Assembly: GCA_013334335.1 (NCBI GenBank) | Contig: JAAXXR010000001.1 | Span: 33,688-97,687, forward strand | DNA: 64,000 nt | Reading direction: 5' to 3' | Source of the DNA: Chlorobiaceae bacterium | GTDB taxonomy: Bacteria; Bacteroidota; Chlorobiia; Chlorobiales; Chlorobiaceae | In this document: positions 29,999 through 41,398 of the stretch, in pieces | Numbering within the stretch: position 1 is the stretch's first letter | How the letters are laid out: every line of letters begins with the position of its first letter | The notes under the pieces: generated by a model | Database searches by the model: none | Seen by the model: the letters and a program-made list of their open reading frames with translations, nothing else | Told to the model about the DNA's origin: nothing | Translations under genes and position numbers: made by a program

Positions 29999-30946
29999 AT
30001 GAAGATCCTGATACCAAAAGCCCTTCGGAAGGGAGACGTTATCGGACTGATCTCTCCCTCATCGACGTGCGCCGAACCGGAAAAGATCGGTCAGGCCGTC
30101 GCTTACCTCGAACGTAACGGGTTCAGGGTACGTCCCTCCCGTTACCTGAACCAGGCCGAGCACGATCCTGCCCATACGGACCGGTACAAGCTGCACGATA
30201 TTCACCAGATGTTCGCCGACAAGGAGGTGAAGGCGGTCTTCTGCCTCAGGGGCGGAGCGGGCGCGACCAGGCTGCTCGACCGGATCGACTTCAGTCTTAT
30301 CGCGTCGAATCCAAAGATCCTTGTCGGCTACTCCGACATCACGGCCCTCTCCCTGTCAGTCTTTGCCAAAACCGGCCTCGTCAACTTCTCCGGTCCGATG
30401 ATCGCCACCGAACTCTACGCCCCGAGCGCCTATACCGAGGAGCACTTCTGGGGCATGCTGACCGATCCGGGATACAGCCGTTCACTGAAAAACTTCACGG
30501 GGCACCCGATCCGGTGCCTGAAATCCGGAACGGCAACCGGCCGGATCATCGGCGGAAACCTCTCGGTGCTCTCCTCCATGATCGGCACCCCCTATCTCCC
30601 GGCGTTCGACGACGCCCTGCTTTTTGCGGAGGACATCAACGAACCGGCATACCGGCTCGACCGGATGCTGTCGCACCTCACCAACGCCGGACTCGTTCAG
30701 AAATGCCGCGCTCTCATGTTCGGGCAGTTCTGCAAAAACCCTGCAGATGAAAACTGCGACTACCGATTCGACAAGATGTTCGCTTATTATGCAGACCGGA
30801 TGCCCGAAGGCACCCCGGTCATGACCGGGCTTTCCTACGGCCACATTCAAGAGCTCATGACCATACCCGTAGGGGCCAGATGCAGGATCGAACTTGCGAA
30901 TGACGCGTTCTCCTTCGGCGCCGTCGAGCCGGTCGTCGAATCCTGA
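29999..30946 (+). CDS. ldcA: LD-carboxypeptidase (S66, muramoyl-tetrapeptide carboxypeptidase)
   Basis: 315 aa. GYSDITAL nucleophile motif. Confidence 0.8.
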   Translation: MKILIPKALRKGDVIGLISPSSTCAEPEKIGQAVAYLERNGFRVRPSRYLNQAEHDPAHTDRYKLHDIHQMFADKEVKAVFCLRGGAGATRLLDRIDFSLIASNPKILVGYSDITALSLSVFAKTGLVNFSGPMIATELYAPSAYTEEHFWGMLTDPGYSRSLKNFTGHPIRCLKSGTATGRIIGGNLSVLSSMIGTPYLPAFDDALLFAEDINEPAYRLDRMLSHLTNAGLVQKCRALMFGQFCKNPADENCDYRFDKMFAYYADRMPEGTPVMTGLSYGHIQELMTIPVGARCRIELANDAFSFGAVEPVVES

Positions 30947-31018
30947 CCGGCAACAGCCACTTGCCAGATTGCATGACGATCGATAGATTGAGGAATACTT
31001 AACCGGTTTGGCCGACCC

Positions 31019-31345
31019 ATGATGAACGCAACGACAGCGATGGACACCGTAAGTCTTGCCGTGCAGCAGACGCCGAAGACCAGCCAGGAGGAGACGCTCG
31101 AAAAGACCGGTTCACTCCAGGCGTATCGCGTCGTGCTTTTCAACGACGACGTGCACACCTTCGACGAGGTGATCTTCCAGATCATCAAAGCCGTCCGCTG
31201 TACCAGGGTAACCGCCGAAAAGCACACCTGGGAGGTGCACAACAAAGGTCGCTCCATCGTCTACTCGGGCGGCATTGCCGAATGCCTCAGGGTCAGTGCC
31301 GTCCTCGAGGAGATCGCCCTCAAAACCGAAATCCAGACCGGTTGA
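31019..31345 (+). CDS. clpS: ClpS adaptor of ClpAP
   Basis: [17 protein letters not shown]...H.KG core. Confidence 0.85.
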   Translation: MMNATTAMDTVSLAVQQTPKTSQEETLEKTGSLQAYRVVLFNDDVHTFDEVIFQIIKAVRCTRVTAEKHTWEVHNKGRSIVYSGGIAECLRVSAVLEEIALKTEIQTG

Positions 31346-31389
31346 CGACCGGAACGCAACTCCTGCCACGCGACGAGATCAACCCGAGT

Positions 31390-32262
31390 TCACCCCTGAC
31401 TGTCCTGCCCCTCCTGATCTTCGGGTTCGGTTCGGCGACGGCTTTCGAGCTCAGCGGCAAGCACGCGGCGCCCTATCGCACGAACGATTCCGGGGGCCAG
31501 ACGGTAGACCAGGTCGGTGAACCGGGCCCTGGCGGGAATGATGATGATCGCCCTGTTCCGTTCAACCCCACGAAGCGCCTCCCGTACGACATCTTCGACC
31601 GAACAGAGGGTTCCGGTGAGCCGGCGGAGATATCGCCGGACATCCGGGCTCCATGCCACCGGGTTCATCCCTTGAAATGGCGCCGCATCCAAGAGGGGAG
31701 TGTCGACACCCGCCGGACAGACCGCGCTGATACGCACACCGTAACGCTCAGCTTCGAAACGCATGCTGGTCGAAAGCCCGACGATCGCGTGCTTGGTCAT
31801 TCCGTAAGCGGCAAGCAACGGCGAGGGCATGATGCCCGCGAGCGAGGCCATGTTCACGATATGGCCAAACCCCTGGCCGACCATCAGGGGATAGGCTGCC
31901 AGCGTACCGTTCACGACCCCCCGGATGTTGACGTCGATGATTCGTTCGACATGCGAAGCTTCGATCTCATGCGCCTCTCCAGCCAGAACAAGGCCCGCAT
32001 TGTTGAACAGGTAGTCGATTCGACCAGATTCGCGGACCACCCGTCCGATCAGCTCGCTCACCGCATCCGCATGCCGTACATCCAGCAACGACGGAGTTGC
32101 CGCCGCTCCGAGGGACCGAGCAACCACATCGAGCCGCTCGCGATCGATATCGGCGATCCAGACGCGGACGCCGCGCAGGACCAGCGCCCTGGCGAGCTCA
32201 TAACCGATCCCGGAAGCCGCGCCGGTCACTACGGCGGAGGTCCCATTCCAGATATCGCCCAT
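31390..32262 (-). CDS. Short-chain dehydrogenase/reductase (SDR)
   Basis: TGAASGIGYE and YGMTKHA (YxxxK). ATG 32262 is 1 nt after the upstream stop. Confidence 0.8.
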   Translation of the reverse strand: MGDIWNGTSAVVTGAASGIGYELARALVLRGVRVWIADIDRERLDVVARSLGAAATPSLLDVRHADAVSELIGRVVRESGRIDYLFNNAGLVLAGEAHEIEASHVERIIDVNIRGVVNGTLAAYPLMVGQGFGHIVNMASLAGIMPSPLLAAYGMTKHAIVGLSTSMRFEAERYGVRISAVCPAGVDTPLLDAAPFQGMNPVAWSPDVRRYLRRLTGTLCSVEDVVREALRGVERNRAIIIIPARARFTDLVYRLAPGIVRAIGRRVLAAELESRRRTEPEDQEGQDSQG

Positions 32263-32263
32263 C

Positions 32264-32857
32264 TCACCCGGCCTCCCGCCCGAGGGCACTGGCCCTGTCA
32301 AGCCAACCTTCGCGCTGTTCGGGAGTTGAGCTCTTGACCGGGCCGAATTCGGCAACCGAGACCGGCCGCACACCGCAGAAACCGAGAATGGTGCGCTTCA
32401 TCTGGTTGTGTCCGGGCATGCGGTACACCCAGCGGTAATACCAGGGCGGGGTATCCATCGTGACGAGCAGTCGAGCCGTCCGCTTTGAGAGCAGACGATC
32501 CCAGTAGGGTGAGGGCGGCGCTTTGAACCTGAACGCGAAACCGGGAAGGAGCAACCGGTCGAAGAAGCCCTTGAGCAGGGCAGGAGGGCCTCCCCACCAG
32601 ACAGGGTAAACGAACACCAGATGATCCGCTCGGCTGATGGCCGCCTGTGCCTCGACGAGGTCGGGCTCGAGTGGCTGCTGCTCCGCATACCCTTGGTGCA
32701 GTATGGGGTCGAACCGTAACCGGCCAAGATCGAGTCGGCGGACCTCATGCCCGGCAGCCGTGGCTCCCGCCTCGTAGGCACTGGCCATGGCTCCACAGAA
32801 GCTTGTGGTATCAGGGTGCCCGAGAATGACAAGAATGTGTTTGTTCATGGGCGGCAA
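32264..32857 (-). CDS. Flavodoxin-like-fold NAD(P)H dehydrogenase (quinone) / KefF-MdaB-like
   Basis: 197 aa. ILVILGHPD...SF start typical of the family. Confidence 0.7.
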   Translation of the reverse strand: MPPMNKHILVILGHPDTTSFCGAMASAYEAGATAAGHEVRRLDLGRLRFDPILHQGYAEQQPLEPDLVEAQAAISRADHLVFVYPVWWGGPPALLKGFFDRLLLPGFAFRFKAPPSPYWDRLLSKRTARLLVTMDTPPWYYRWVYRMPGHNQMKRTILGFCGVRPVSVAEFGPVKSSTPEQREGWLDRASALGREAG

Positions 32858-32980
32858 GAAGTGGCTTCGGATTGGCTGCAGGGATTATCGTTCTTGAATG
32901 TCGGTGAACGTGCTGCGGCCAATCAGAATATACAAGAAAAACTCACGCCCATCCTCAGGCTGTGGATCGCATCGCCATGA

Positions 32981-33005
32981 GCCGGTTGCACACCGGCCCC
33001 TTTTT
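32981..33005 (+). terminator. Orphan plus-strand rho-independent terminator-like hairpin
   Basis: gccggt-tgcac-accggc-ccc-ttttt. No annotated plus-strand gene upstream. Confidence 0.4.
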
Positions 33006-33213
33006 CATGGATTGTCGATGTGGTTGATGCGGATGCAATCAAAAAACAACTGAGGACGTTTGCCGATATCGAAGGCGAACGCTGTGGGGGCGTTTCGGCA
33101 GGTGCCCGAAACACACTGCACGGGTGGACATCGGCTCCGCCGCCGACCGTCTGGTAAAGAAGTGTCGACATGGCACAACCCTCGCTGGCGGCTGATGCCT
33201 CCAGGCAGCATGA

Positions 33214-34596
33214 TCAGTTCCCGAACTGCCTGTTGATCTCTTCGGCGGTACGATCGTCGGCCGGGGTGATCCGGATCCGTTGAGGGATCGAGCTATAGAG
33301 GCTCCGGAAGTTCCTGACGCAGGCCGGCGAGGAGAAGTAGATCTCGTCGATGAAATCGAGGTCGATCGAGGCCTCATCCTGCTGGGGGGCATGGGTGAAC
33401 ACCCCGAGCGCGGTCACCTGGTTGCCGGCAGCACTCAACTCCCCGAACATCGCCTCGTCGACGTGACCGGTATAGGGAAGCAGAATCTGTTCATGCTCGA
33501 TCCCCTCCTTGCAGAGCAGGCCGGAAACACCTGATGACGAATGTGACTCAAGGCAAAAGTCGGGAATTATCCCGAAGGTCAGCAGTTCGGCGGCGGCGGC
33601 CTGACTCGGGGTGCAGATGCTCAGGTGAGCAAGGTGCCTCACATCTCGCCCGTGTTCGAAAAGGTACTTGAAAAAGTAACTGACAGAAGACTTGTTCTGG
33701 AAAAAGAGCATCGAGAATCCTTCAATCCCCTCCATGCACGCCTTGATCGCCTCGAGGTCTGCCGTGGAGGCTTTGCGGCAGGGAAACGGAATCCTGATGT
33801 AGCCGGCGTCTCCGTACCGCCTCGAGTCGCCACCCGCCATGAGCACTTTTTTCTTCCGTGAGTACCAGCTGTTTTCGATGAACTGGCTGATGTTGTCGCC
33901 AATGATGAGCAGTGCAGGAGAATAGACCGCCCGCTCCCGTTTCCTGAACTCGTCGAGCGTTCCGGAAAAGCTTATCTGGTTATAACGGGTGGCGTTCTGG
34001 ACCACGGCGACCTTCGTCTCCCCGCTTCGGCCTTTGGCCGCGACCATGTCGAGCACGTCGTGCACCGAAGAGGCCACCATGTAATAGACGATGGTATCGG
34101 TATCGGGGACCTGGATCTTGCTGACGGGGTGGCCGGTACAGAAGGCGACCGACGAGGATACCTTGCGCATGGTGAGTGGAATCTCCGTATAGGCGCTGGC
34201 GCCGTGCGCCGCCGTGATCCCCGGAATGATCTCGTACCCGATGCCGTGACGGCGCAATGTGGCGATCTCCTCGCCTCCACGCCCGAAAATGAACGGATCC
34301 CCCCCTTTGAGGCGCACCACCGTCCGCCCACGGAGGGCGTGCCGCACGATCTCCTCGTTGATCTCCTCCTGCTCGAAATGATGGCTGTCCTTGCGCTTTC
34401 CGGTATAGATCTTCTCTCCCGGATACTGTTCTACCAGCTCGGGGCTGACCAGGTCGTCGTAAAGGATCACGTCAGCGTCACGCAGGACCCTGTCGGCCTT
34501 CATGGTGAGCAGTTCCGGATCGCCTGGCCCTGCGCCTGCGATGTAGACGTACCCGGTGTTCGGAGCGCCCGGCATGTTTGACGGATTGTCAGGCAT
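33214..34596 (-). CDS. dsrW: Uroporphyrinogen-III C-methyltransferase fused to uroporphyrinogen-III synthase (CobA-HemD; dsrW position)
   Basis: [15 protein letters not shown] motif and a HemD-like C-terminal half. ATG 34596 has AAGGAGGT 7 nt upstream. The ATG at 34614 has no SD. Confidence 0.8.
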   Translation of the reverse strand: MPDNPSNMPGAPNTGYVYIAGAGPGDPELLTMKADRVLRDADVILYDDLVSPELVEQYPGEKIYTGKRKDSHHFEQEEINEEIVRHALRGRTVVRLKGGDPFIFGRGGEEIATLRRHGIGYEIIPGITAAHGASAYTEIPLTMRKVSSSVAFCTGHPVSKIQVPDTDTIVYYMVASSVHDVLDMVAAKGRSGETKVAVVQNATRYNQISFSGTLDEFRKRERAVYSPALLIIGDNISQFIENSWYSRKKKVLMAGGDSRRYGDAGYIRIPFPCRKASTADLEAIKACMEGIEGFSMLFFQNKSSVSYFFKYLFEHGRDVRHLAHLSICTPSQAAAAELLTFGIIPDFCLESHSSSGVSGLLCKEGIEHEQILLPYTGHVDEAMFGELSAAGNQVTALGVFTHAPQQDEASIDLDFIDEIYFSSPACVRNFRSLYSSIPQRIRITPADDRTAEEINRQFGN

Positions 34597-34617
34597 AATG
34601 CGTACCTCCTTCATGCG

Positions 34618-35079
34618 TTAGTCGTTGGCGTCGGGCCAGGTATTCAGTACGGTGTCCCGGAGGCGATTTCGCCACTCAACCGACCTCTTGACATTCTGGC
34701 CGTTTGATGAGACCGCGATGGTCATGTCGCCCTTCCTGACGATGGCCGGCGAGATGAAGTCGGACAGCTCGCGGTTGTCAACCACGTTGACCATGATACC
34801 GCGTGCAGCCGCATCCTCCCTGACACGCCGGTTGACCTCCTGGTCGTTCGTACTGGCATAGACGAGGAAAAAGCCGTCGAGATCAGATGGCTCGTAACTT
34901 TTGAATATTTCATTGAACCCTTTGCCCCTGAGTTCGTCGATGATCTCCGGAGCAATGATGGTGATGTTGCGGGTGTACTGCTCGATGGTCTGGATCTTGT
35001 GCAGGGCAATCCTGCCGCCGCCCACAAACAGGAGCTTCTTGTCATCCACCCGGATATTGAGGGGCAGAAATACTTTCAT
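34618..35079 (-). CDS. dsrV: Precorrin-2 dehydrogenase / sirohydrochlorin ferrochelatase (CysG N-domain/SirC-like; dsrV position)
   Basis: [10 protein letters not shown] Rossmann motif. 153 aa. Confidence 0.75.
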   Translation of the reverse strand: MKVFLPLNIRVDDKKLLFVGGGRIALHKIQTIEQYTRNITIIAPEIIDELRGKGFNEIFKSYEPSDLDGFFLVYASTNDQEVNRRVREDAAARGIMVNVVDNRELSDFISPAIVRKGDMTIAVSSNGQNVKRSVEWRNRLRDTVLNTWPDAND

Positions 35080-35235
35080 GAATACTTCGGTTAGGTCGAT
35101 TCACAACGACTCGAAGAGCCGTACGATTCCCGGTAATATACCGTTATCGGATCGTAGACAGCGGAATTCTTCAGGCGTCGGTTCATCCGAAGGAGATTCA
35201 ACTCCGCTTACCGGCATCTCCCCCCCCGACGATGA

Positions 35236-36387
35236 TCACTGCTGGGCCCTGACCGACACCAGGGTTTTGAGCAGTACGGTCAGCACGAGCAGGCCGATCG
35301 CCCAGATGCCGAGCGTTACCGACAATTCGGTGGCCGTGGGCACGTAATCTACGACCGCTTCCAGCGGCGTAGGAACGAAGCCGCCGATCACGAGGCCGAC
35401 ACCTTTGTCGATCCAGATGGAGAGGACGAGGCCCGCACAGGCCGAGGCAAGCCATCCGTTCTGGTGTCGAAGTGACGGAGTCATGAGCATGCCGACCGAG
35501 ATGAGGCCGACGATGAGCGACAACCACATCCACGGGACGAGGGGAGCGTGCCCCTGAAGGCCGAAATAGAGATACTGCAGGCTCTGTTTGTGGGCCGGCA
35601 CGTTGCTGTAGAATGCCGTGAAAAACTCAGTGCCGAGGAAGAAGAAGTTTGCCGTCCCTGCATAGGCGCCCAATACGGCGAGCTTTTGGCGGGCATCCTG
35701 GCCGACATCGAACGCTGCTGTTTTTTTCAGGATGAAGGTGATCAGGATCAGGATAGCCGTCCCAGCGGCGAACGCCGAAGCGAGGAACCTTGGGGCAAGC
35801 ACGGCCGTCAGCCAGAGGTGACGCGCAGGCAGGCCCGCGAAGAGAAATGCGGTTACCGTGTGGATACTGAAGGCCCACGGGATCGAGAGGTAGATGAGCG
35901 GCCTGGTCCACGCGGCGGCCGGGACGCCCCTGCGCTCGGCGCCGAGTACGGCCCAGGCGCTGACGAGATTGATCAGGAGGTAACCGTTGAGCACCATGAC
36001 GTCCCAGAATACCATGGAGTGTGGCGAGGGATAGAGCAGCACATTCAGCACCCGCTGCGGTTTGCCCATGTCGGCGAGGATGAAGAGCATACACATCAGT
36101 GCGGCCGACACGGCCAGGAACTCCCCCACGATGACAATCTTCGAGAATGCTTTCTGGTTGTGCAGGTAGTAGGGGAGTACGACCATCACTGCCGATGCGG
36201 CGACCCCGACCAGGAAGGTGAACTGGGCGATATAGACCCCCCAGCTGATGTCGCGGCCCATACCGGTGACACCAAGCCCGAGGCTCATCTGTCGGGCGTA
36301 TGCCGAAACTCCGAGCCCGATGAGGATGAGCAGGAGAGCAATCCATGCCCAGTAGCCGCGGCCACCCTTGAGCGCTTTCTCGATCAT
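35236..36387 (-). CDS. dsrP: DsrP, NrfD-family integral membrane subunit
   Basis: 383 aa, about 10 TM. Position after dsrO. Confidence 0.85.
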   Translation of the reverse strand: MIEKALKGGRGYWAWIALLLILIGLGVSAYARQMSLGLGVTGMGRDISWGVYIAQFTFLVGVAASAVMVVLPYYLHNQKAFSKIVIVGEFLAVSAALMCMLFILADMGKPQRVLNVLLYPSPHSMVFWDVMVLNGYLLINLVSAWAVLGAERRGVPAAAWTRPLIYLSIPWAFSIHTVTAFLFAGLPARHLWLTAVLAPRFLASAFAAGTAILILITFILKKTAAFDVGQDARQKLAVLGAYAGTANFFFLGTEFFTAFYSNVPAHKQSLQYLYFGLQGHAPLVPWMWLSLIVGLISVGMLMTPSLRHQNGWLASACAGLVLSIWIDKGVGLVIGGFVPTPLEAVVDYVPTATELSVTLGIWAIGLLVLTVLLKTLVSVRAQQ

Positions 36388-36396
36388 GGCTTGTGG

Positions 36397-37173
36397 TTAG
36401 ATGATGTAGAAAACTGACGGCAGCGTGCCGAGCTCCGGCTTGCGCTGCATGGTTTCATTTGATGCGAGCAATGCGCGGATCTCCGAAACCGGATCGTTCA
36501 GATCTCCGAACGTCATCGCCTTTTCAGTACAGGAGTCGACACATGCCGGAAGCAGGCCCTTGACGAGCCGCTCGGAGCAGAAGTTGCATTTTTCGACCAC
36601 GCCCCGCTCCCTTGTCGGATAGGTGGCACTGAGCTCCCTGACGGCGGGGCGCGGATCCTGCCAGTTGAAGCTTCGTGAACCGTAGGGGCAGGCGGCCATG
36701 CAGAACCGGCAGCCGATGCAGCGATGGTAGTCCATCGAGACGATGCCGTCCCAGCGGCGGAAGGTCGCTTCAGTCGGGCAGGCCCTGGTGCAGGGCGGCT
36801 CGGCACAATGGTTGCAGAGTGTCAGCACCTTGCGATTCTCGACTTCCGGGCTCTGAAACTGCTGGCTCGCGGTCGGGAAGGCCTCTTCATAGCGGCTTTT
36901 CCAGATCCACTTCACTTCATTCTTCGACTTGCCGAAATCCGGCACGTTGTGGTCATGATGGCACCTGACGACGCACCCGCTACACCCATCCCGGCATTTG
37001 CGGGTGTCGATGAGCATGCCCCATCGCACCTTTCCCGGCACAGGACTCTCGGAAAATGCCGACATGTCGGTCTGTTCAAGGGCAAACAGCGGCAGCATCC
37101 CCGCTGCGGCACCGATGCCAGCAAGAGCGCCAAGCCCTGCCATCCTGATAAAATCTCTTCGTTGTTGGTTCAT
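36397..37173 (-). CDS. dsrO: DsrO, Tat-exported 4Fe-4S ferredoxin subunit
   Basis: [15 protein letters not shown] Tat leader and multiple CxxCxxC clusters. Its ATG overlaps the dsrJ TGA (ATGA). Confidence 0.88.
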   Translation of the reverse strand: MNQQRRDFIRMAGLGALAGIGAAAGMLPLFALEQTDMSAFSESPVPGKVRWGMLIDTRKCRDGCSGCVVRCHHDHNVPDFGKSKNEVKWIWKSRYEEAFPTASQQFQSPEVENRKVLTLCNHCAEPPCTRACPTEATFRRWDGIVSMDYHRCIGCRFCMAACPYGSRSFNWQDPRPAVRELSATYPTRERGVVEKCNFCSERLVKGLLPACVDSCTEKAMTFGDLNDPVSEIRALLASNETMQRKPELGTLPSVFYII

Positions 37174-37577
37174 CGGGTTGCCTCCATGGGCGAAATATGG
37201 CAATTCCAGCAGGTCGGCTTGACGTTGGCATACTCATGGCACATGAAACAGAACATCGGGTTCGACGCGTGGCAGCCGAGACAGGTGTTCAGGCTTTTGT
37301 CAAACCGCCGGCCATCGGAAGTCACATGGGCACGGTTGCCTTTGCGCACCGAGTCGTGGCGCCATTGGTTCAGCAGTTGCATGTGGTGGGACTTCATATA
37401 CACGGTCGAAGCGATACATCTGGTGCTGTCGATGGGCACCTGCCTGGCCACAGCGACCGGCGCGGCAGCCCTGAGTGCAGAAGAGGCGCCATGCACTGAC
37501 TGCATGAACAACAAGGCCGCGACGAACATGGCGCCGGCGATCAGAAGGGCCAGAATGGCGGAGATCCGGTTACTCAT
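37170..37577 (-). CDS. dsrJ: DsrJ, triheme cytochrome c
   Basis: CLGCH, CFMCH and CWNCH. N-terminal membrane anchor. Overlaps the dsrK end by 8 nt. Confidence 0.9.
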   Translation of the reverse strand: MSNRISAILALLIAGAMFVAALLFMQSVHGASSALRAAAPVAVARQVPIDSTRCIASTVYMKSHHMQLLNQWRHDSVRKGNRAHVTSDGRRFDKSLNTCLGCHASNPMFCFMCHEYANVKPTCWNCHISPMEATR

Positions 37578-39216
37578 CGTCGCCCTCCTCGCCGAACCCG
37601 GCCATGGGATTCTCCCTGAGGTCGACCGTCCTTTTTTTCTCGCCCTTCATGACCAGGGCATTGCCGACCAGTTCGTGCAGTCCGTAGACCGAAACGCCCG
37701 GGTTCCAGTATCTCATGAGCGTGGGAAGGCTGGCACGGTCAATGGCGCAGATCGTGACGAGGGAATCGACCTGATGGGCCTTCCTGACCTGGCCGACCGC
37801 GTTGGCCCGGGGCAGGCCGCCCCGCATGCGCATCTCCATGAACTCTTCGGCGTTGATGCCGCTGCCGGAGCCGCAGCAGAAGGTCTGTTCGCGTATGGTG
37901 TTCTCCGGCATCTCGTGGAACACGTTGCACACCTTGTTGAGCACGTAACGGGGCTCCTCGAACATGCCCATGCCCCTGGCGACGTTGCATGAATCATGAA
38001 ACGTGGTGCGCAGGTGGTCATTCCTCGAAGGGTCGAGCTTGAGCTTGCCATTGTGGATCAGGTCGGCCGTGAATTCTGCGATATGCACCATCTTCGTTGC
38101 TGCCGCGTTGGTGAATTTCGTTCCCGTGATGGGAGATACCGGTTTTTCAAGGAAATCGGCCGGGCCGTTCATGGTGCTCATGTACTGGTGCACCACCCTC
38201 CACATGTGGCCGCACTCCCCGCCGAGGAGCCACTTGACCTTCAGCCGTTCGGCCTCGTGGTACATCTTGGCGTTCAGCTTTTTCATCATCTCGTTCGAGG
38301 TGAACATCCCGAAGTTGCCCCCCTCCGAAGCGTAGGTGCTGATGGTGTAATCCAGCCCGATATGGTGGAACAGCAGCAGGTAACCCATCATCGTGTAGAC
38401 CCCCGGGTCCCCGAATACGTCTCCCGAGGGGGTGATGAAGAGGATCTCGGCCCCTTTTCGGTTGAAGGTCGGATTGACCTGCACGCCGGTCAGCTCCTCG
38501 ATGTCGTCGACGAGCGATTCGATGTTCTGCACGAAGGTGTGCGGTTCGATGCCGAGGTGATTGCCGGTCCGGTTACAGTTTGCCACCGGCGCGAGTATCC
38601 AGTTGTTGTTGACCCCGATCGTATTGAGCAACTCGCGGGCAACCATGGTGATTTCGGCCGTATCGATGCCGAGCGGACAGAACACCGAACAGCGGCGGCA
38701 CTCGGTGCACTGGTAGAAAAACATGTGCCACTCCTTGATCAGCTCCCTGGTGAGCTTGCGCGAGCCGGAAAATCCCTTGAGAATCTTTTCGGCGAGGGGA
38801 AAGTCGTTCCGATAGACCGACCTGAGCAGTTCTGCCCTGACCACCGGCATGTTTCTCGGATCGCCGGTTCCGAGGAAGAAGTGGCACTTGTCGGCGCAGG
38901 CACCACAGCGCACACATGAGTCGAGGTAGAGCTTCAGCGAACGAGATCGCTTCAGCCAGGAGCGCAATCCCTCCCGGATGGTCTTCTCCCATCCCTCGGG
39001 AAGCTGCCAATCCTCGTCGGTGGCCGCCCACTTGCGGGGGTTGGGAAAGCCGACCTCCTGAAGCACGTCGGGCTTGGCCGGAAAACACCAGTTTCCCTCA
39101 CGGAACTCCACCGGCATCTCCCACCACTCCTTGTCGGCATGATCGCCTTTCAGCGGGCTCGGCCTGTCGAGGATATCCTTGGCAAGGAGCTCTTTTCTTG
39201 GAACGTATTTTGACAT
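37570..39216 (-). CDS. dsrK: DsrK, HdrD-like FeS/CCG-domain subunit
   Basis: CxxCxxCxxxC clusters and the CCGSGSG CCG motif. Confidence 0.9.
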   Translation of the reverse strand: MSKYVPRKELLAKDILDRPSPLKGDHADKEWWEMPVEFREGNWCFPAKPDVLQEVGFPNPRKWAATDEDWQLPEGWEKTIREGLRSWLKRSRSLKLYLDSCVRCGACADKCHFFLGTGDPRNMPVVRAELLRSVYRNDFPLAEKILKGFSGSRKLTRELIKEWHMFFYQCTECRRCSVFCPLGIDTAEITMVARELLNTIGVNNNWILAPVANCNRTGNHLGIEPHTFVQNIESLVDDIEELTGVQVNPTFNRKGAEILFITPSGDVFGDPGVYTMMGYLLLFHHIGLDYTISTYASEGGNFGMFTSNEMMKKLNAKMYHEAERLKVKWLLGGECGHMWRVVHQYMSTMNGPADFLEKPVSPITGTKFTNAAATKMVHIAEFTADLIHNGKLKLDPSRNDHLRTTFHDSCNVARGMGMFEEPRYVLNKVCNVFHEMPENTIREQTFCCGSGSGINAEEFMEMRMRGGLPRANAVGQVRKAHQVDSLVTICAIDRASLPTLMRYWNPGVSVYGLHELVGNALVMKGEKKRTVDLRENPMAGFGEEGDDE

Positions 39217-39218
39217 GG

Positions 39219-40214
39219 TTATTCCTTTTCTACCGGGAGACCCGCCTTTTTCATCTTTTCACGGTAATCGTCCTCATATTCGGCATAGGTCCGGAACTTC
39301 ACCGCCCTGTTCCATGGATTGACATGCCGCTTCTGTCTGCTGTTGTTGCAGAGGTTCCTCGTCGGGCTCAGGAAAATGGCTCCCATATGCATCAGCTTGC
39401 TGAAGGGAAAGTAGACGGCAAGGACGCTGACCAGGAACAGGTGGACGTAAAAGACCGGAGCTATGTCACCCGGAGGCTCGAACGACATCTCGGAAAATCC
39501 CATGGTCAGGGCTTTGATGGTCATGATATCGGCTTTCGTGACATACCGCATGAGGACGCCGGCAACGGCGATGGCGCCAATGAGGAAAAGCGGGAAATAG
39601 TCGGTCGGCAGTGAAATGATCCTGAGCTTCGCATCCCTGAGTCGCCTGACGAACAGGAATGTGGCTGCAGCGAGGACTACGGCGTCAGTCAGGTAAAACG
39701 CCGGAAGGGTCAGATCGAGGAACCGGTCGGCAACCTCCACCGGCACGATGAATCCCGGCAGTTCGACAAAAAAGAACCGCGCATGCCGAAGGCCGATGAC
39801 CAGCAGCGACCAGTGGAAGGCCAGGCCGCCCAACCAGAGCCACTTGCTCGACGCGAAGGTGAAGCCGGGCCCCTCACGGAGCTCAGCCTTGTTGTTGCGG
39901 AACAGCGAGCGGAACAGGAACACTTCGAGCAGCACCCTGACCCAGGCCTGCATCGGGGTGGCCGGGCTGTCCAGTCGGCTGTAGGGAATCCAGTCGAGAG
40001 TTTTTTCCTGGCCGGCGGTGGTGGTGATCCGGAACGGTACCGGACGCCGGAGCCAGTCGAAGAGACGGAACAGTACACCGGAAACAAACAGGGCGGCCGC
40101 CGCATAGGGGACAATCACGCCAAAGAGGTAGGACTGACCAGCGTAGCGGACGGCGACATAGGGGATCAGGCAAAGCAGCAGCACGATCGCCAGCGGCATG
40201 AGGACCTTCTTCAT
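39219..40214 (-). CDS. dsrM: DsrM, NarI-like dihaem b membrane subunit
   Basis: 331 aa, 5-6 TM with conserved His residues. 2 nt upstream of dsrK. Confidence 0.85.
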   Translation of the reverse strand: MKKVLMPLAIVLLLCLIPYVAVRYAGQSYLFGVIVPYAAAALFVSGVLFRLFDWLRRPVPFRITTTAGQEKTLDWIPYSRLDSPATPMQAWVRVLLEVFLFRSLFRNNKAELREGPGFTFASSKWLWLGGLAFHWSLLVIGLRHARFFFVELPGFIVPVEVADRFLDLTLPAFYLTDAVVLAAATFLFVRRLRDAKLRIISLPTDYFPLFLIGAIAVAGVLMRYVTKADIMTIKALTMGFSEMSFEPPGDIAPVFYVHLFLVSVLAVYFPFSKLMHMGAIFLSPTRNLCNNSRQKRHVNPWNRAVKFRTYAEYEDDYREKMKKAGLPVEKE

Positions 40215-40672
40215 CAGCCGGCCCTCCTCAGCAGCATGTGCATGCTCCGGCGCGCCTCCTCGACCTTCATTTTATAGATCGTCTCGCGATGTTCCATGAA
40301 TCGGTCGAACGCGGCCATGGTCATCGCGTCAATCCGCTCCCGGCAGAAGCTCCGGTCGGCCTGGAGGGGGGCAACGGCATCGAGGAGCTCCCGAAGTCCG
40401 GTAAAGACGGACATCGAGCGTGATGGCGGGGCAGGGATCACGGCCAACAGACGGGCGATACCGTCAACACCGGAAGCGCAGGCCTCCCCACCCTCTTCGA
40501 AACGGTCCAGAACCATGCCCATGGACTCCGAAAGCGCCTGGCAGGCAGGGCCCGATGCGGCCAGCGTATCGGGAAAAAGGGCAAGCGCAAGGTCAAGCCA
40601 GCGCGATAGCACTACCTGCCGGTGCTCCTGAATCACTCGCTGCCATGATAGTTTCATTGTTCGATTGTTCAA
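40214..40672 (-). CDS. dsrT: DsrT (RsbRD-N-terminal-like domain protein)
   Basis: 152 aa soluble helical protein in the dsrH-dsrM position. Its stop overlaps the dsrM ATG (TGATG). Confidence 0.7.
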   Translation of the reverse strand: MNNRTMKLSWQRVIQEHRQVVLSRWLDLALALFPDTLAASGPACQALSESMGMVLDRFEEGGEACASGVDGIARLLAVIPAPPSRSMSVFTGLRELLDAVAPLQADRSFCRERIDAMTMAAFDRFMEHRETIYKMKVEEARRSMHMLLRRAG

Positions 40673-40701
40673 CGTTTCGTGATCTGGCCTGGTGCCGGCG
40701 G

Positions 40702-40995
40702 TCAGAACCAGCTGTTTACCTGATGCTCCTCGACCAGAGAGACAAACCCCTGATAGTCGACAACCCCGATCCCCTCGGTAATCCTGTCGATACCCCGGGC
40801 TTCGAGATCGGGCCTCAGGGCGTACACGTTGCTTTTTTCCATGATGGACCGGATATCGGCGGAAAAGCGGTTCCCCTCCTGCGCGGCATAGACACCGTCT
40901 TCGATGAAAAGCACCGCATCTCCAGGCTGAAGAAACCTTGAACAGGTTTCCATGGTGCTGGTTTCAAACGGCGATTTGTTGATGGTATGCAACAT
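40702..40995 (-). CDS. dsrH: DsrH
   Basis: 97 aa, MLHTINKSPF start (TusB/DsrH family). Confidence 0.85.
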   Translation of the reverse strand: MLHTINKSPFETSTMETCSRFLQPGDAVLFIEDGVYAAQEGNRFSADIRSIMEKSNVYALRPDLEARGIDRITEGIGVVDYQGFVSLVEEHQVNSWF

Positions 40996-41022
40996 GGCAA
41001 TTGATTGATAATGGATAATTGA

Positions 41023-41394
41023 TCAGTGATGGATGACCGCATCCTGTTCGGTCATAAGGCGTCCGATTTCGGAAGCATCCATCACCTCGACATCAACCAG
41101 AAGGTCCCCTTCCGTCAGTCCGCGCTCTTCGAGCGAAACCCTGTCGACATAGAGCTTCTCGACGTCGTAACCGTCCAGCGCCATGAAGGTTTTGGCGAAT
41201 CCCTTGATGCCGATGCCGGTGGTGTCCTGGCCTTTCTTGAGGGCATACACCCCGTCGCCGATGAACACAACCGAAATATCCTGTTCATATGCGGCCATGA
41301 TGAGGATCATTTCGAGCCCCTCGTAGGTGTAGATCGTCCCGTGAGGCGCGCGGCGCATCACGTGCATGATTTTCCTGATGTTATCGTCTGCCAT
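41023..41394 (-). CDS. dsrF: DsrF
   Basis: TusC/DsrF-like. ATG 41394 has a GGAGA SD. The listed 41409 start is TTG and overlaps dsrE. Confidence 0.85.
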   Translation of the reverse strand: MADDNIRKIMHVMRRAPHGTIYTYEGLEMILIMAAYEQDISVVFIGDGVYALKKGQDTTGIGIKGFAKTFMALDGYDVEKLYVDRVSLEERGLTEGDLLVDVEVMDASEIGRLMTEQDAVIHH

Positions 41395-41398
41395 GTGT

